The notes under the pieces were generated by a model. That model worked only from the letters and a program-made list of their open reading frames with translations, was not told the origin of the DNA and ran no database searches. The position numbers and the translations under genes were made by a program. From NCBI GenBank assembly GCA_030390025.1, contig CM059431.1:103232001-103296000 (forward strand): a DNA stretch of 64,000 bases. Direction: 5' to 3'. Every line of letters begins with the position of its first letter. Within the stretch, counting starts at the first letter, position 1. This DNA is from Squalus acanthias (taxonomy: Eukaryota). Positions 34,630 to 48,166 of the stretch are shown here, in pieces.

Positions 34630-34840
34630 TGAATGACACAGTACAGAAGGAGGCCATTCGGCCCATCGTGCCTGTGACGGCTCTTTGAAAAGAGCTCTCC
34701 AATTAGTCCCACTCCCCTGCTCTTTCCCCGTGGCCCTGCAGATTTCTCCTTTTCTAGTATTTCTCCAATTCCCTTTTTGAAAGTTACTATTCAATCTGCT
34801 TCCACCGCCCTTTCAGGCAGCGCGTTCCAGATCATAACAA
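34630..34840 (-). mobile_element. CR1 3' end
   Basis: Antisense IWNALPERAVEAD and tail. Confidence 0.85.
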
Positions 34841-34999
34841 CGACTTTTGTAAGTTATTAATGTATAAAGACATGGTTAATCATGGATCTGCTTTATAATT
34901 ACCAAGGGTATAACAAATTCTATTTACAATTTGTTAGTCGCTGTTGGTTACAAAACTACAGTGAAGCACTATATAAGAACAGAGGCATGGCTATTAAGA

Positions 35000-35720
35000 A
35001 AGATGAGCATTTATACAGCGCTATTCACAAGCTCAGGATATCCCAAAGTGCTTTACAGCTTTAGTACTTTTGAAGTGTACGGCCCCGATTTTAACTTCAG
35101 GCGGATTCCCCCACTCGGGCCTGAGTTAAAATCACAGTCGGCTCTCAATGATGTCATTGGGCTGCAACGTGCAGATGTAAAGAAGGACCCTGTTGGTTCC
35201 GGGCGCCTGTCCTTGCTGCCTGCTCAGGAGAGCAGGTTAAAATTGCAGATGTCGCAATCGTGGCGGCTTTCCGACAGGTGAGAGCCGGGGGCGATTTTAA
35301 CTGCCCTCCCGCCAGGTTTCTGCTGAGCGAGTCGGGTTAAGATTGTCAGCATAGTCTCCGTTGTAATGTAGGAAACACAGCAAGCTCCCACAAGCAGCAA
35401 TGCGATAATGACCAGGTAATCTGTTTGTTTAGTGATGTTGATTGAGGGATGAACGTTGGCCGGGACACCGGGGTGAACTCCCCCCCTGCTCTTCTTCGAA
35501 ATAGTACTAATGGGATCTTTTACGTCCACCTGGGAGGGCAGACGGGGGGGGCCCTCGGTTCAACGTCTCATCCGAAAGACGGCAGAGTGCAGCGTTCCCT
35601 CGGCACTGCGCTGGGAGTGTCAGACTGCATTACGGGCTCAACGTCCACTGGACTGGCACTTGAAGCCACAACCTTCCGAGGCAGAGGTGAGAGTGCTGCC
35701 CACTGAACCACGGCCGACAT
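35000..35720 (-). mobile_element. SacSINE1-like SINE interrupted by MITE family C copy 2 (35081-35350)
   Basis: SINE tail before, and core and head after, the MITE. Confidence 0.8.
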
Positions 35721-36689
35721 GCCACCATCACTGCTGGAATTGTTTACCAGGTCTGAGTTGTCAGCATTCATTCCCCTCACTCGCTACCTGCAAAGGAATC
35801 CCCAGAGGGGATAAGACTGCAGACGCTTTTTATCTCCGAATAAGAACTCAGCACCTATTCGGTGCTTGACTTATATGCATGGTCAGACAACAGTCAATGG
35901 ATTCAATTGCCTCATTAGCTCTGATGACAGGAAGAAGTATAGTTATCTTGAAATATCTGCTCTTCCTCAAAAGTAGGCCAATAAAACACAAATGAACCAT
36001 TTACAAACTGTCTTAGACAGACTCTCTTCATAATCACAAAATGATCACTAATGAAACAAATTAAAAGAGTAAACAACAGATTGCCGTAAATAAATGTCAT
36101 TAGTGGAACCTGAATAGTTTACGTTTCTGCTGTCATTTTTCAACGTGAGTACAAATCGAAGAAAAATGGTCTTTTAATTAGTTCCACAAGCAGTGGACAA
36201 GTAATTTGTATCACTTTTCCCCCCTTCATAATGACTTTGAATTATTCTCATCAATATTGTTGAAAAGAAATAAGGGGAGCCATAAATTTAGTCGCACCGT
36301 GGACTTTGAATTGTTAAATTATATTTATATATCATCTATACAGAACGTTCTCTCGGGTAACAGAATGTAGCACAAAGCCCTCAGCGTGAATTTCTAAACA
36401 CAATACAATCGGCTCACTTTATTAATTCTTTGCCACTTTGGTCCTACGGAATGAATCCCCTGTTAACACTAAACCAACAAATTGAAACAGGTGGAGAGAC
36501 GAAGGTTATCATAAGCAGCGCAGTTCAACATTATTAGAAAAATGCAAATGTTTACTTTAGTGAGGTCATTAACACGGCTGAAAGCATTGCAAAGAGAAAA
36601 AAAATCATTGTCGGTAATTTATAAATAAACCTGAATTGTAGGAAAAGAGCCAGGACAAACTCGTGAACACTTTCTGCATTTATAAGAAA

Positions 36690-37050
36690 GAAAAAAGAAA
36701 GTACTTACATTTCTACGGCACCTTTCACGACCTCAGGACGCCCCAAAAGCCAATGAAGTACTTTGTGAAGTGTAGTCACTGTTGTAATGTAGGAAACGCG
36801 GCAGCCAAATTGCGCACAGCAAGCTCCCACAAACAGCAATGTGATAATGACCAGATAATCTGTTTTTTTTTAGTGATGTTGGTTGAGGGATAAATATTGG
36901 CCCCAGGACATCAGGGATTACTCCCCCCTGCTCTTCTTCCAAATTGTGGCCATGAGACCTTTTACGTCCACCTGAGAGGGCAGACGGGGCCTCGGTTTAA
37001 CGTCTCATCCGAAAGACGGCCCCTCCCGACAGTGCCGCACTCCCTCAGTA
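36690..37050 (-). mobile_element. SacSINE1-like SINE (5'-truncated)
   Basis: Deu core and tail. Confidence 0.85.
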
Positions 37051-37837
37051 CAAATGGGTGGCGCTTGTGTCGTGCGAGCTCCTCCTAGTTGTACCAGGTC
37101 TTGAGTGGCCTGACCGGGGGTCCTTAAAGAGACTGCTGCAGGCCGCTCAAAAAAAAAGACAAAATAATCTTTTTAAAAGCTATGTTTAGGTGGAGCCGGT
37201 CGGATCAGGCGGTCCCGGAACCCTACCGACAGGTAGGATGGGAGTCGGAGCTGGCTTGGACTGGTGAAGTCGTGGCCGGAAAGCTGCATTAGGATACCTG
37301 TTTGGCTTGGACCTGAGGCCCATGTGGAGCCATCGCCACGTGAACTCGCTTTGGGCGTGATTCTAGTCTATCTCCCCCCAGAGTCTTTTCCCAGTCATGG
37401 TGATGGCCTCTTCTCCTGCTCGGCCAGAGATTCATAAGTGGAGAACCTGACTCAACATCTGTAATCCATTTTGTCCCAGCCCTCTAAATCTCAGAATGGA
37501 GTCTCGTGCACATGCACATTAATAGGCTTAATTTCGCACTTTCCATTTAGTTCCATTTACCAAACCTCAAGCACTAAGGAATATTATGAATGCTTATTAA
37601 AAAATACAAATCCTTTGCTCGACTGAGTATTGAATTGCTGAAATTTGCAGAAGATGCTTATCGCCTAATATCGTAATGTAGAATATTTGCTGAGTTCAGG
37701 CGGACTCTCATAATCTGTATCTTGACCAAAGCGTGCAGCCATTTACTTGTGGGCTAGGATTAGAGAAATGCCCCACCCGGTCCATCAGTCTGCTTTCTCT
37801 TCAATGTACAACAACAACTTGCTTTCATAGGCAATGA

Positions 37838-38313
37838 AATCCCTGGGATGAGAGGGATGTCCGATGAGGAGAGATTGAGTAGAATGGGCCTATACTCTCT
37901 GGAATTTAGAAGAATGAGAGGTGGTCTCATTGAAACATACAAGATTCTGAGGGGGATTGATAGGGTAGATACTGAGAGGTTGTTTCCCCTGGCTGGAGAG
38001 TCTAGAAATAGGGGGCATAGTCTCAGGATAAGGGGATGGTCGTTTAAGACTGAGTTGAGGAGAAATTTCTTCACTCAGAGGGTTGTGTATCTTTGGAATT
38101 CTCTGCCCCAGAGGGCTGTGAATGCTGAGTCTTTGAGTATATTCAAGGCTGAGATAGATGGATTTTTGGACTCTAGGGGAATCGAGGGATATGGGGAACA
38201 GGCGGGAAAGTGGAGTTGAGGTCGATGATCAGCCATGATCTTATTGAATGGCGGAGCAGGCACGAGGGGCCATGTGGCCGACTCCTGCTCTTATTTCTTA
38301 TGTTCTTATGTTC
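37838..38313 (+). mobile_element. CR1 3' end inserted into an L2 tail
   Basis: ORF 37848-38219. Confidence 0.92.
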
Positions 38314-38683
38314 TTATACAGCGCCTTTAATGTAGTAAGACATCCCAAGGCGCTTCACAGGAGCGATTATCAGTCAAAATTTGTCACCGAGCCACATAAG
38401 GAGATATTAGGACAGGTGACCAAAACCTTGGTCAAAGAGGTAGGTTTTAAGGAGCATCTTAAAGGAGGTAAGAGAGGTAGAGAGGCGGAGAGGTTTAGGG
38501 AGGGAATTCCAGAGCTTAAGGCCCAGGCAACAGAAGGTACTAACACCAATGGCAGAGTGATGAAAATCGGGGACGCACCAAAGGCCAGAATTGGAGGAGC
38601 GCAGAGGTCTCGGAGGGTTTGTAGGGCTGGAGGAGGTTACAGAGATCGGGAGGGGTGAGACCAACAAGGGTGAGAATTTTAAA
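38314..38683 (-). mobile_element. L2 LINE 3' end (tail at ~37805-37825)
   Basis: PPRPLRSSNSGL...LWNSLPKPLRLSTSLTSFKMLLKTYLF. Confidence 0.88.
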
Positions 38684-38729
38684 TGTAATATTATGAAGGC
38701 TGCAAAGAAATAGTTACTGTTTTAAGAGG

Positions 38730-38983
38730 AGTGCTCCAATAGATAGGAGACATCGAGAGTTAGCAGCTGAGGAATCGAAGGAATCAGGCAGTGGCCAATG
38801 CCCGCAGCCACCAAACAAAAGGGAGCTGAAGGCTCGAGAAGCAGTCTGTAATCTGGTGCTCACTACCAGCCTAGCAGCTGGCAGCCGCGCCAGCTCTGCA
38901 CCAGCCGACCATATAAAGGGTTCAAGCAGCAAGGCGTCAGTCTACTAATCCGATCACAGCTACTCAGGGAGCCACAGGTAATT
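38730..38983 (+). promoter_or_regulatory. TATA/Inr promoter-like block with a short first exon
   Basis: CCAAT at 38736 and 38795. CAGCTG at 38764 and 38875. TATAAA at 38912. Inr-like TCAGTCT at 38937 (A 27 nt from TATA). Donor CAG|GTAATT at 38978. Confidence 0.45.
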
Positions 38984-40092
38984 CTTAGCCTTCGAACGTT
39001 GCGCAGGCAGCTCGGTGACCATCCTACCTCCAAAGGCATCAGTCTGATGGGTCAAGGGCACTGTGTCCTACAGATAAATAGGCTTCCTTCATAATTGTAT
39101 TTTAATTTTTTTGTCAAAGTCTCTATGGAGTTATTGAGGATATATCTGGAAGATAGTTTTCACCTTTACGGGACCTGAGGTGAGTTGATGACAAATTACA
39201 CCACCCACAGCTCAATGTATAAATTAATGGCACAATGTAGTGCCACACTTCAAGGGCATTCGGAGCACAGTACCTCGCACTGAATAGCATAACTCACAGT
39301 CTCAATTAACCCTCTTGTTCGCATGGCAGTGATGAGCTGATTTCTCTCCCATTATCTCCTATAAAACAAAATCATCTCCATTGAGTCGCCTTGAGTTTCT
39401 GCCAAAGTTACAGCGGTGGAGTGGGACAATCCCTGCGAAAATTCTCGGCCAATATGCTTACTAGTCTTCCACCTGATTCTTCGCCCATCTCCATAGAAGC
39501 GCTGCTCTATCCCCTCGAGTATAGTGGATTAAGGGGTGATATCATTGGGGCGTTCAAGATGAGTAAAGGATTTGATAGGATAGAGAGAGAGAAACTGTTT
39601 CATTTTTCTGGAAAGACCAAAATGTTCCAGCGTTCTGACTGTTTTCAGATAATTCTGAATGACCTCCATTCTGATTGATTTGGGATTTATATTTTAGGTC
39701 AGTGGCCATATCTAAAGAAAGGTCATTGTGATACATGGCGGGAATCACACTACAATTCTGCTTTTCCCCAACACTTTTAACTTATTGCAGCAGAAAAGTA
39801 ATTTATTTTATTCAGACCCGGCGTCTCCTATGAACTGAAACTTTCGCTTGTATGCACGGCGTGACTGAGATAGTGCACCACGGGCCCAACAAATACTCCT
39901 TCGTCACAATGGAGCTATGGAGCACACTGCCGACCTGCGAAAAGAATACGGACTTACCTGATGGGGGCCCTCCTTCATGAACTTGCTCTCTGATGCCGCA
40001 TACTGGAGGGCAGCGTAATGGCCCACGGCATGTGCGGAAGCGTACCTGGAATCACATGAGCCTGGTGCTCCAACCAGTACACCGAAGGCAAA

Positions 40093-40895
40093 GGGCTGGA
40101 TTTTGTCAATGGGAAGCTTTTGGAGGCGGGACTGCTGCTTGCCGGCTTTCAATCCCGCCTCCATCAGCTTCTGGCCAACCAGCGGGATTTTCCCCTGATT
40201 GACCTTGTTAAGCCCGCCCAGTGGGCTCAGCAGGCCAATTAGGGGGAAGTCAGTGACAGAGCACGTCAACGTATGACGTGTCATCTGTCAAGATTTTTTG
40301 AAAGAAGAAATGTCAGCATTTGACAGCTCTGTGAAGCATTCTAACACTGACATTCTGTGTAGTTTGATGAGTCCTTGTGTTCAGGACTCATCAAACCTTT
40401 CAACTTTGCAGAAATCACCTGGCTGCTGGTTCGGAGGATCCAACAGCCAGTCTGTGAAATCTACAATGGAGATGTCGGGACTCTGGCTCCACAGTGGCTG
40501 AAGGCTGTAGGCAGAAACAAAGGTAAGTGAACATTTTCTAACACTTTACACTCACCTTACATACTTACCACTCCACACTTGCACCCATCACTCACCTCTA
40601 CATCTCACTTTCAGACCCCACCGACCCCCACAGACCCACTGCTCGCCTTCTACACCCTGGCGGGGTTCCCTGAGGTCGGGAAGACTGCACATCGAAACGA
40701 AAAATGGGGATAATCCTATTTTCTGCCTGTTAACTACCGAGGAGACGGGACCCGGGGCAGGACGGCTTCCCGCCTCCTGGCAAGAGGGCACGGAGGTGGG
40801 ATGGGGGCGGGTTTGCCACCCGCCCCCAAATTCTGCAACTTTACCGGCAGTCCCGCCTCCATACCCGCTTCCTCAGGGCTGACAAAATCCAGCCC
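40093..40895 (+). mobile_element. PIF/Harbinger-like MITE, diverged relative of family B
   Basis: TIR GGGCTGGATTTTGTCA / TGACAAAATCCAGCCC. TSD AAA. Confidence 0.88.
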
Positions 40896-42007
40896 AAAGT
40901 GTCTACCTCCATTACTGGTAACTTTCTTTATATTGCATTTCACCAGATGTATTTTCAGAATAATTATAAGGGCTCGGAGAATAAATAGTTCCAAAATGAC
41001 CCTCTCTCTCTCTCGCTCTCACACACAGGCCCACCTAAAAAATTATTTGGGAATTAATTCTTAAATCTAATTCAGGAATTAGAGTTCTGATAAATCGTTG
41101 AAGCTCTGTGAAATTTCATATAAAATAACATGGACAAACATAAATACAACGGAGCCCAAACAAAGATCTGAAAAATCTGCACATTAATCATTGGAGGTGT
41201 TTCACACAGTTTTACAATTCATTATATCACATTCCGGAGCTAATAGAATGAGTAACTGTCTCTACATAATCCCCCTCTACACTGATGCAAACAGGCCCTG
41301 CACCTGTTTGCATCAACTGTAAAATTTTCGGGCGTAATCGCTGGGCAGTTGGTGGGCAATTAGCCCAACACTGCGCCAGCAATTGGGATTTCCAAGGCAG
41401 TGCGGATCTTCTGTCAAGGCGTACCTTGACAGATCGCAAGTTTGGGATTCAGCGCATGCGCTTATCCCAAACTTGCGGTCGATTTCAAATGCGGTGCGAC
41501 TCTCAGAGTACGCCGTCATATCCACCACAAAATCTGCCCCCTTATCTTACGCCAGTGTTTACATGGACACCCCACCATGTTCTCCTCTCCACTTTCAGCG
41601 ATAGTAACTATCACACTGTCAGACTGTATCGTTCAGGCTAAAGCTATTAGTTAAAATTTATTTGCAAGTGTTATAATCCTACAGAAGCAGAAACAAATAG
41701 TAGAATATTTGATTTACTCAATTCAAAGCAATAATCCTGTATATTCAGTAGTTCCTTCCGACAACTTTGGGATTGGATCTCTGATAAATTGGTTTGTGGC
41801 CAAGACTTTATGGAGCCCCTTTTTTGGTATGCCTCATATGGAAGCGGGCAGACAAAACAGAGAACTAACTAATTCAGAGCTGTAGTCCAGTTGTGTTCCT
41901 ATTTGGTCTTTGAAGTCCAGTTGGACAGAATTGAAGATCAAAGGCACTCTTTCACAAATAGTCAGGAAATCAAGAGATTAATCATTTCTTCCACTTGAGT
42001 CTCTAAT

Positions 42008-43640
42008 AAGAACATAAGAACATAAGAAATAGGAGCACGAATAGGCCACTTGGCCCCTCGAGCCTGCTCCGCCATTCAATAAGATCATGGCTGATCTTGG
42101 GCTCAAAGCCACTTCCCAGCCCGCTCCCCATAACCCTTCACTCCCTTATCTTGCAAAAATTTGTCTATCTCCACTTTAAATGTATTTAATGACCCAGCCT
42201 CCACAGCTCTCTGGGGCAGAGAATTCCACAGATTTATGATCCTCTGAGAGAAGAAGTTCCTCCTCATCTCAGTTCTAAAAGGGCGACCCTTTATTCTGAG
42301 ACTGTGCCCCCGAGTTCTAGATTTCCCCACGAGGGGAAACATCCTCTCTGCATCTACCCTGTCGAGCCCCCTCAGTATCTTATATGTTTCGATAAGATCA
42401 CCTCTCATTCTTCTAAATTCCAATGAGTATAGGCCCAGCCTGCTCAACCTTTCCTCATAAGTCAAACCCCTCATCTCTGGAATTACCCTAGTGAATCATC
42501 TCTGAACTACCTCCAATGCAAGTATATCCCTCCTTAAATAAGGAGACCAAAACTGTACGCAGTACTCCAGGTGTGGTCTCACCAACACCTTGTACAGTTG
42601 TAGCAGGACTTCCCTGCTTTTATACTCCAACCCCCTTGAAATAAAGGCCAACATTCCATTTGCCTTTTTGATTACTTGCTGTACCTGCATGCTAACTTTT
42701 TGTGTTTCATGCACAAGGACCCCCAGGTCCCTCTGAACTGTAGCATTTTGTAATCTCTCTCCATTTAAATAATAGTTTGCCTTTTTATTTTTCCTGCCAA
42801 AGTGGATAACCTCACACTTTCCCACATTATACTCCATCTGCCAAATGTTTGCCCACTCACTTAGCCTGTCTATATCCCTTTGCAGATTCTTTGAGTCCTC
42901 TACACAACTTGCATTCCCACCCATCTTTGTATCATCTGCAAACTTGGCTACATTACACTCAATCCCTTCATCCAAGTCATTAATGTAGATTGTAAATAGT
43001 TGGGGGCCCAGCACCGATCCTTGTGGCACCCCACTAGTTACCGTTTGCCAACCAGAAAATGACCCATTTATCCCGACTCTCTGCTTTCTGTTAGTTAGCC
43101 AATTCTCTATCCATGCTAATATATTACCCCCAACTCCATGAGCTCTTATCTTATGCAATAACCTTTTATGTGGCACCTTATCGATTGCCTACTGGAAATT
43201 CAAATACACCAAATCCACTGGCTCACCCTTGTCCACCCTGCTTGCTACATCCTCAAAGAACTCCAGCAAATTTGTTAAACATGATTTCCCTTTCCTAAAA
43301 CCATGCTGACTCTGTTTGACTGCATTATGATTTTCTAAATGCCCTGCTACTGCTTCCTTAATGAAGGACTCTAGCATTTTCCCAACGACAGATGTTAGGC
43401 TAACTGGTCTATAGTTTCCTGCTTTCTGTCTCCCTCCTTTCTTAAATAGGGGTGTTACATTAGCGGTTTTCCAATCCGCTGGGACCTCTCCAGAGTCCAG
43501 GGAATTTTGGTATATTGCAACCAATACATCCACTATCTCTGCAGCCACTTCTTTTAAGACCATGGGATGCAGGCCATCTGGTCCAGGGGACTTGTCGTCT
43601 TTTAGTCCCATTATTTTACCGAGTACTATTTCCTCAGTAA
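42008..43640 (-). mobile_element. Young CR1 with ~1.5 kb of RT in one frame broken by only two stops
   Basis: ORFs 43189-43611, 42496-43176 and 42103-42474 are co-framed. Motifs [22 protein letters not shown]. Confidence 0.96.
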
Positions 43641-43807
43641 TAGTGTCATCCTGTCAGGTTTCCTATTTATAATCTGAGATTGGGAGTAAACACTTTGAAC
43701 AATTATTCCGAGCACTGTGGAGTTCTTGCGTAAGACCCAATGACATGAGTATGGCACATGAGTAATATAAAAGCACCTGAAAGGGGTGAAATTGGACAAG
43801 AGTGGGG

Positions 43808-44432
43808 ACAAAGAGATATTAATATATTAAGTGAATGGACAAAACTGTGGCAAATGGATTTCAATGTAAGCAAATGTGAGTTCATCCACTTTGGACCTAA
43901 AAAGGATAGAACAGGGTACCTTCTAAATGGTGAAAAGCTAAAAACAGTGAAGGTCCAAAGAAACTTCTGGGTCCAGGTACATAGATTATTAAAAGGTCAT
44001 GAACAGGCACAGAAAATAGTCAAAAAGGCTAATGGAATGCTGGCCTTTATATCTAGAGGACTAGAATACAAGGGGGTAGAAGTTATGCTGCAGCTATACA
44101 AAGCCCTGGTTAGACCACACCTGGAGTACTGTGAACAGTTCTGGGCATCACACCTTAGGAAGGATATATTGGCCTTGGAGGGAGTGCAGCGTAGGTTTAG
44201 CAGAATGATACCCGGACTTCAAGGGTTAAATTACGAGGAGAGATTACACAAACTAGGGTTGTGTTCCCTGGAATTTAGAAGGTTAAGGGGTGATTTGATC
44301 GAGGTCAAGGTATTAAGGGATATGGGCCAAAGACGGGTATATGGAGTTAGGTCACAGATCAGCCATGATCTCATTGAATGGCAGAACAGGCTCGAGGGGC
44401 TGAATGGCCTCCTCCTGTCCCTATGTTCCTAT
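43808..44432 (+). mobile_element. CR1 ORF2 fragment with an internal deletion
   Basis: ORF 43758-44477. Confidence 0.9.
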
Positions 44433-44807
44433 GCTTCTCTGACACAAAAAAGGCAGAATCATATTTGCTGCACATGATACAACACGCCCGATATTCAGTT
44501 CTACTGAAGTCAAACTTGACCAGAGTAGTTTCTGACCAGGTAGGAACATCAATAGAAGCTGGTTGCCTCTCCACGAAACTAATGACTATCTCTAGGTAGA
44601 TTTATGTACTGTTTTTCTCCTCCAAAATCAAGAAATGAACTATATGTAAATATCCAACCAGTAAACATCAGGCATTACTTTTTTGGCCAACTTTGTTAGA
44701 CTGGAGACGGCAGAAGACCCAACCAAATGTGGGCCATTTGAAAATCAAAGCATTTAGTTACTAACCATGCTAATGTCAGGTGTAACCATGCTAATGTCAG
44801 GAGAACA

Positions 44808-45602
44808 TATTGTATTCCCTGGAATTTAGAAGGTTAAGGGGTGATCTGATCAAAGTTTTCAAGATATTAAGGGGAACAGATAGGGTAGAGAGAGAGAAAC
44901 TATTTCCGCTGATTGGGAAGTTGGAGCTGGATTTTAACAAGGCCATAAAAAAACAAACCAATCACTAAGGTTTATTTCTAGAGGGATTGAATTGAAAAGT
45001 AGAGAAGTTATGCTAAACTTGTATCGAACCTTGGTTAGACCACACTTGGTGTACTGCATACAGTTCTGGTCACCATATTATAAAAAGGATATAGAGGCCC
45101 TGGAGAGGGTGCAAAAAAGATTCACAAGGATGATACCAGAAATTCGAGGGAATACCTATCAGGAAAGGCTGAACAGGCTGGGTCTCTTTTCTCTTGAAAA
45201 GAGAAGGCTGAGGGGTGACCTAATAGAGGTCTTTAAAATTATGAAAGGTTTTGATAGAGTGGATACAGAGAGAGTGTTTCCACTTGTGGGGAAGAGCATA
45301 ACTAGAGGCCATCAATATAAGATAGTCACCAAGAAACCAAATAGGGAATTCAGGAGAAACTTCTTTACCCAGAGAGTGGTGAGAATGTGGAACTCGCTAC
45401 CACGGGGAGTGGTTGAGGCGAAAAGTATAGATGCATTTAAGGGGAGTCTAGACAAGCATATGAGGGAGAAGGGAATAGAAGGTTACGCTGATAGAGTTAG
45501 ATGAGGAAAGATGGGAGGAGGCTCGAGTGGAGCATAAACGCCGGCATGGACTGGTTGGGCCGAATGGACTGTTTCTGTGCCGTATATCCGATGTAATCCT
45601 AT
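44808..45602 (+). mobile_element. CR1 fragments and 3' end
   Basis: ORF 44992-45504. Confidence 0.92.
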
Positions 45603-46704
45603 GATTGGAGTCTTTCCCTACTTAGAACAAAAATCCAATCATACCAAATGTGAGAGGTTTCCTCAAGAAATATATGGATCTGGTTTTAATCCACCGCAGA
45701 CAGGAGAAACTGTGGTAATAGTTCTGCTGACTGGAACCATTCTCCAAGCCTTGATGGTAACACGATCACATCACAATATGATTCTACAAAGAGGGCTAAA
45801 ATCTGAAGCATGGCTGTTACTTCTAGCAGTCCTGGAAGATAACAATTCATAAAACATTTGCTGAAATACCCAGTTATTAGTTATTACCAAAAGCATTAAA
45901 ATCCATCTCCAACTCTCCATAAAGGCCAGTTAAAGTCCCTTCAAAGGTGATTGTTAGAGACAATTCTTGCCATCTAATCTTTAAATACTCCTGCATTAAA
46001 ACTGTTTAATTGTCCATTCATAAAGGTATTGAGCAGTCCTCAGGATTGCTATTGCCTGTGATCTCTCTGGATAATATTGCCCCAGGTGGGAACATTATAG
46101 CTCACTTCTTACCAGCATTGCAATTTTTGCAATTGATTTTGCCTGTTAATGAAAGTGCATGATATAGCAACATGACACAGACACCAGACAGTGCAGTGTA
46201 AAAAAGAACTTGTTAAAGGTAAGCACTGTGCCAGCAAGATACATAGATCTGTCACAGAGTATCCGCCCCCACCCCCCGCCCGCTTAATTTCAATGTGACT
46301 TGCTGCAGTCAATTTAGAATGGCTTTTGGACTAGTTATGTGATACTATATTTTACATAGGAACCGCATGGAAATGTGCCAAGTTTAAACTGATAGATTCT
46401 GGACTGAGCACAGCATGAATTTTAAACATTCTTCCATCTACAATCAGCTCTGAGGCTCAGGAATGGCAACCGTCATGTGGGCACTTGTGCATAGTGACTT
46501 GTCTGCTTACAGAAAGGTTATTGAAAGCATTTCCAGTCGATTGAACCACTGCGTCAAGGAGGAATAGAAAAGCAGCATGGCTCACAGACTTGTTAAATTA
46601 CAATCAGTCAGCGTACACACACTTTACACAGGTAACTCTTTATTTAATGGGCAAAAGTTCCTAAAAAAAATACTAAACTCTTGGAACATTTCAGAAGATG
46701 TCAT

Positions 46705-47670
46705 CATCTAACTGAGGTGTTTAAGATGATTAAGGGAGTTGACAGGGTGGATAGAGAGAAACTATTTCCTCTGGTGAGGCTGAACCACACTGTTCGCAAC
46801 CTTGGGGGGGGGGGAAGATTGGCTCTTTGGGGCGCTAACTTCGCTGGGGAGTTTAGCCCCTGAAAAAGTTAGCACCCCCGCGCCCGAAATTCAATGGTAG
46901 CGCCCCAAGCAGGAGGCGGGGCGCTACTGGAGGCGCTCCCCCTCCCTCTTGGGGCGCTCCCATTGAATATCACGGCGCTACGTGCAGCAGCGCCACGCGC
47001 GTCAGCTCATAGCGCCACGGTACTGCAGGCCTCCCTCCCCTGATTAAAGGGGAGGGGCCTAGCGCAGCACGCACCGGGGCCCTGCTGGACCACCGGGGAG
47101 CGAGGTGCCAGCAAAAGAGCCCGGCACGCAAGAGGAGTGCCGAGGTGCCGATCGTGGCCGGCACCCCGCAGGAGGAGGCCAGAGGGGGCAGGTGCGGGCA
47201 GGCGCTCCTCCAATTCTGGCCTCTCAATTAATCGCTCCACCATTGGCGGCCGTGCCTTCTGTTGCCTAGACCCTGAGGTCTAGAATTCCCTCCCTAAACC
47301 TCTCCACCTCTCTACCTCTCTGTCCTCCTTTAAGACGCTCCTTAAAACCTACCTCTTCTACCAAGCTTTTAGTCATCTTCCCTCATATCTCCTTATGTGG
47401 CTCGGTGTCAAACTTTATTTGTGAAGCGCCTTGGGATGTTTTACTATGTTAAAGGCGCTACATAAATGCAAGTTGTTGTTGCTGCTGTTGAGTCCAATAC
47501 AAGGGGGGCATAATCTTAAAATTAGAGCCAGGCCATACAGGGGTGATGTCAGGAAGCACTTCTTCACACAAAGGGTGGTGGAAATCTGGAACTATCTCCC
47601 CCCAAAAATAGCTGTTTGAGGCTGGAGGGGGTCAATTGAAAATGTCAAAATCGAGACTGATAGATTTTTG
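46705..47670 (+). mobile_element. CR1 3' fragment split by a truncated GC-rich MITE (~46805-47200) and an L2 3' end (47203-47487)
   Basis: EKLFPLV before the insertions and GGHNLKIRARP...HFFTQRVVEIWN after them. Confidence 0.75.
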
Positions 47671-47836
47671 TTGCCCGCTGCCGGCAATTGCCCCGGCCAT
47701 CTAAAAAACCATTCACGGTTACAGTGGCGGCGGGACGGAATTGAGTAGGAACGGGGGTGGGTGGGAAGCGATTTTCCCGACGTAGTCGGCCCATTTCCGT
47801 CAGGTTGGGTGTGTTACAATTGTCGACCCTTGAGCC

Positions 47837-48077
47837 ATGATGTGGAGATGCCGGTGTTGGACTGGGGTGGACAATTGTGAGAAGTCGCACAACACCAGGT
47901 TATAGTCCAACAGCTTTATTTGAAATCACAAGCTTTTCGGAGCGCTGCTCCTTCGTCAGGTGAAGTGAAGAGATGCATATAGGCACAGCATATATAGTCA
48001 GAGAACACTGCCAGATGATTACAGTTAATCTTTCTAACTGCCCTTTATCACACCTCGGCAGAGAGATAATCACGATA
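47837..48077 (-). mobile_element. Penelope-like element 3' terminus
   Basis: 11-bp TSD ACCCTTGAGCC (47826-47836, 48078-48088). Same terminus as the GIY-YIG-bearing copy at 58514. Confidence 0.85.
47926..47963 (-). ncRNA. Minimal type I hammerhead ribozyme (Penelope family 1)
   Basis: TCAC-CTGACGA-AGGAGC AGC GCTCC-GAAA(A)GCTT-GTGA, with one extra A. Confidence 0.75.
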
Positions 48078-48166
48078 ACCCTTGAGCCCGCACAGGTCGA
48101 GCAGGACTGGGTAGCAATTAGGAATAGGAACCAAGGGCGATTTTTTTCTCGAGTGCACAGATCAAT

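Noticed and set aside
44762..44801. 19-bp direct repeat TAACCATGCTAATGTCAGG
   Set aside because: Two copies separated by 2 bp. A simple slippage duplication, not an array.
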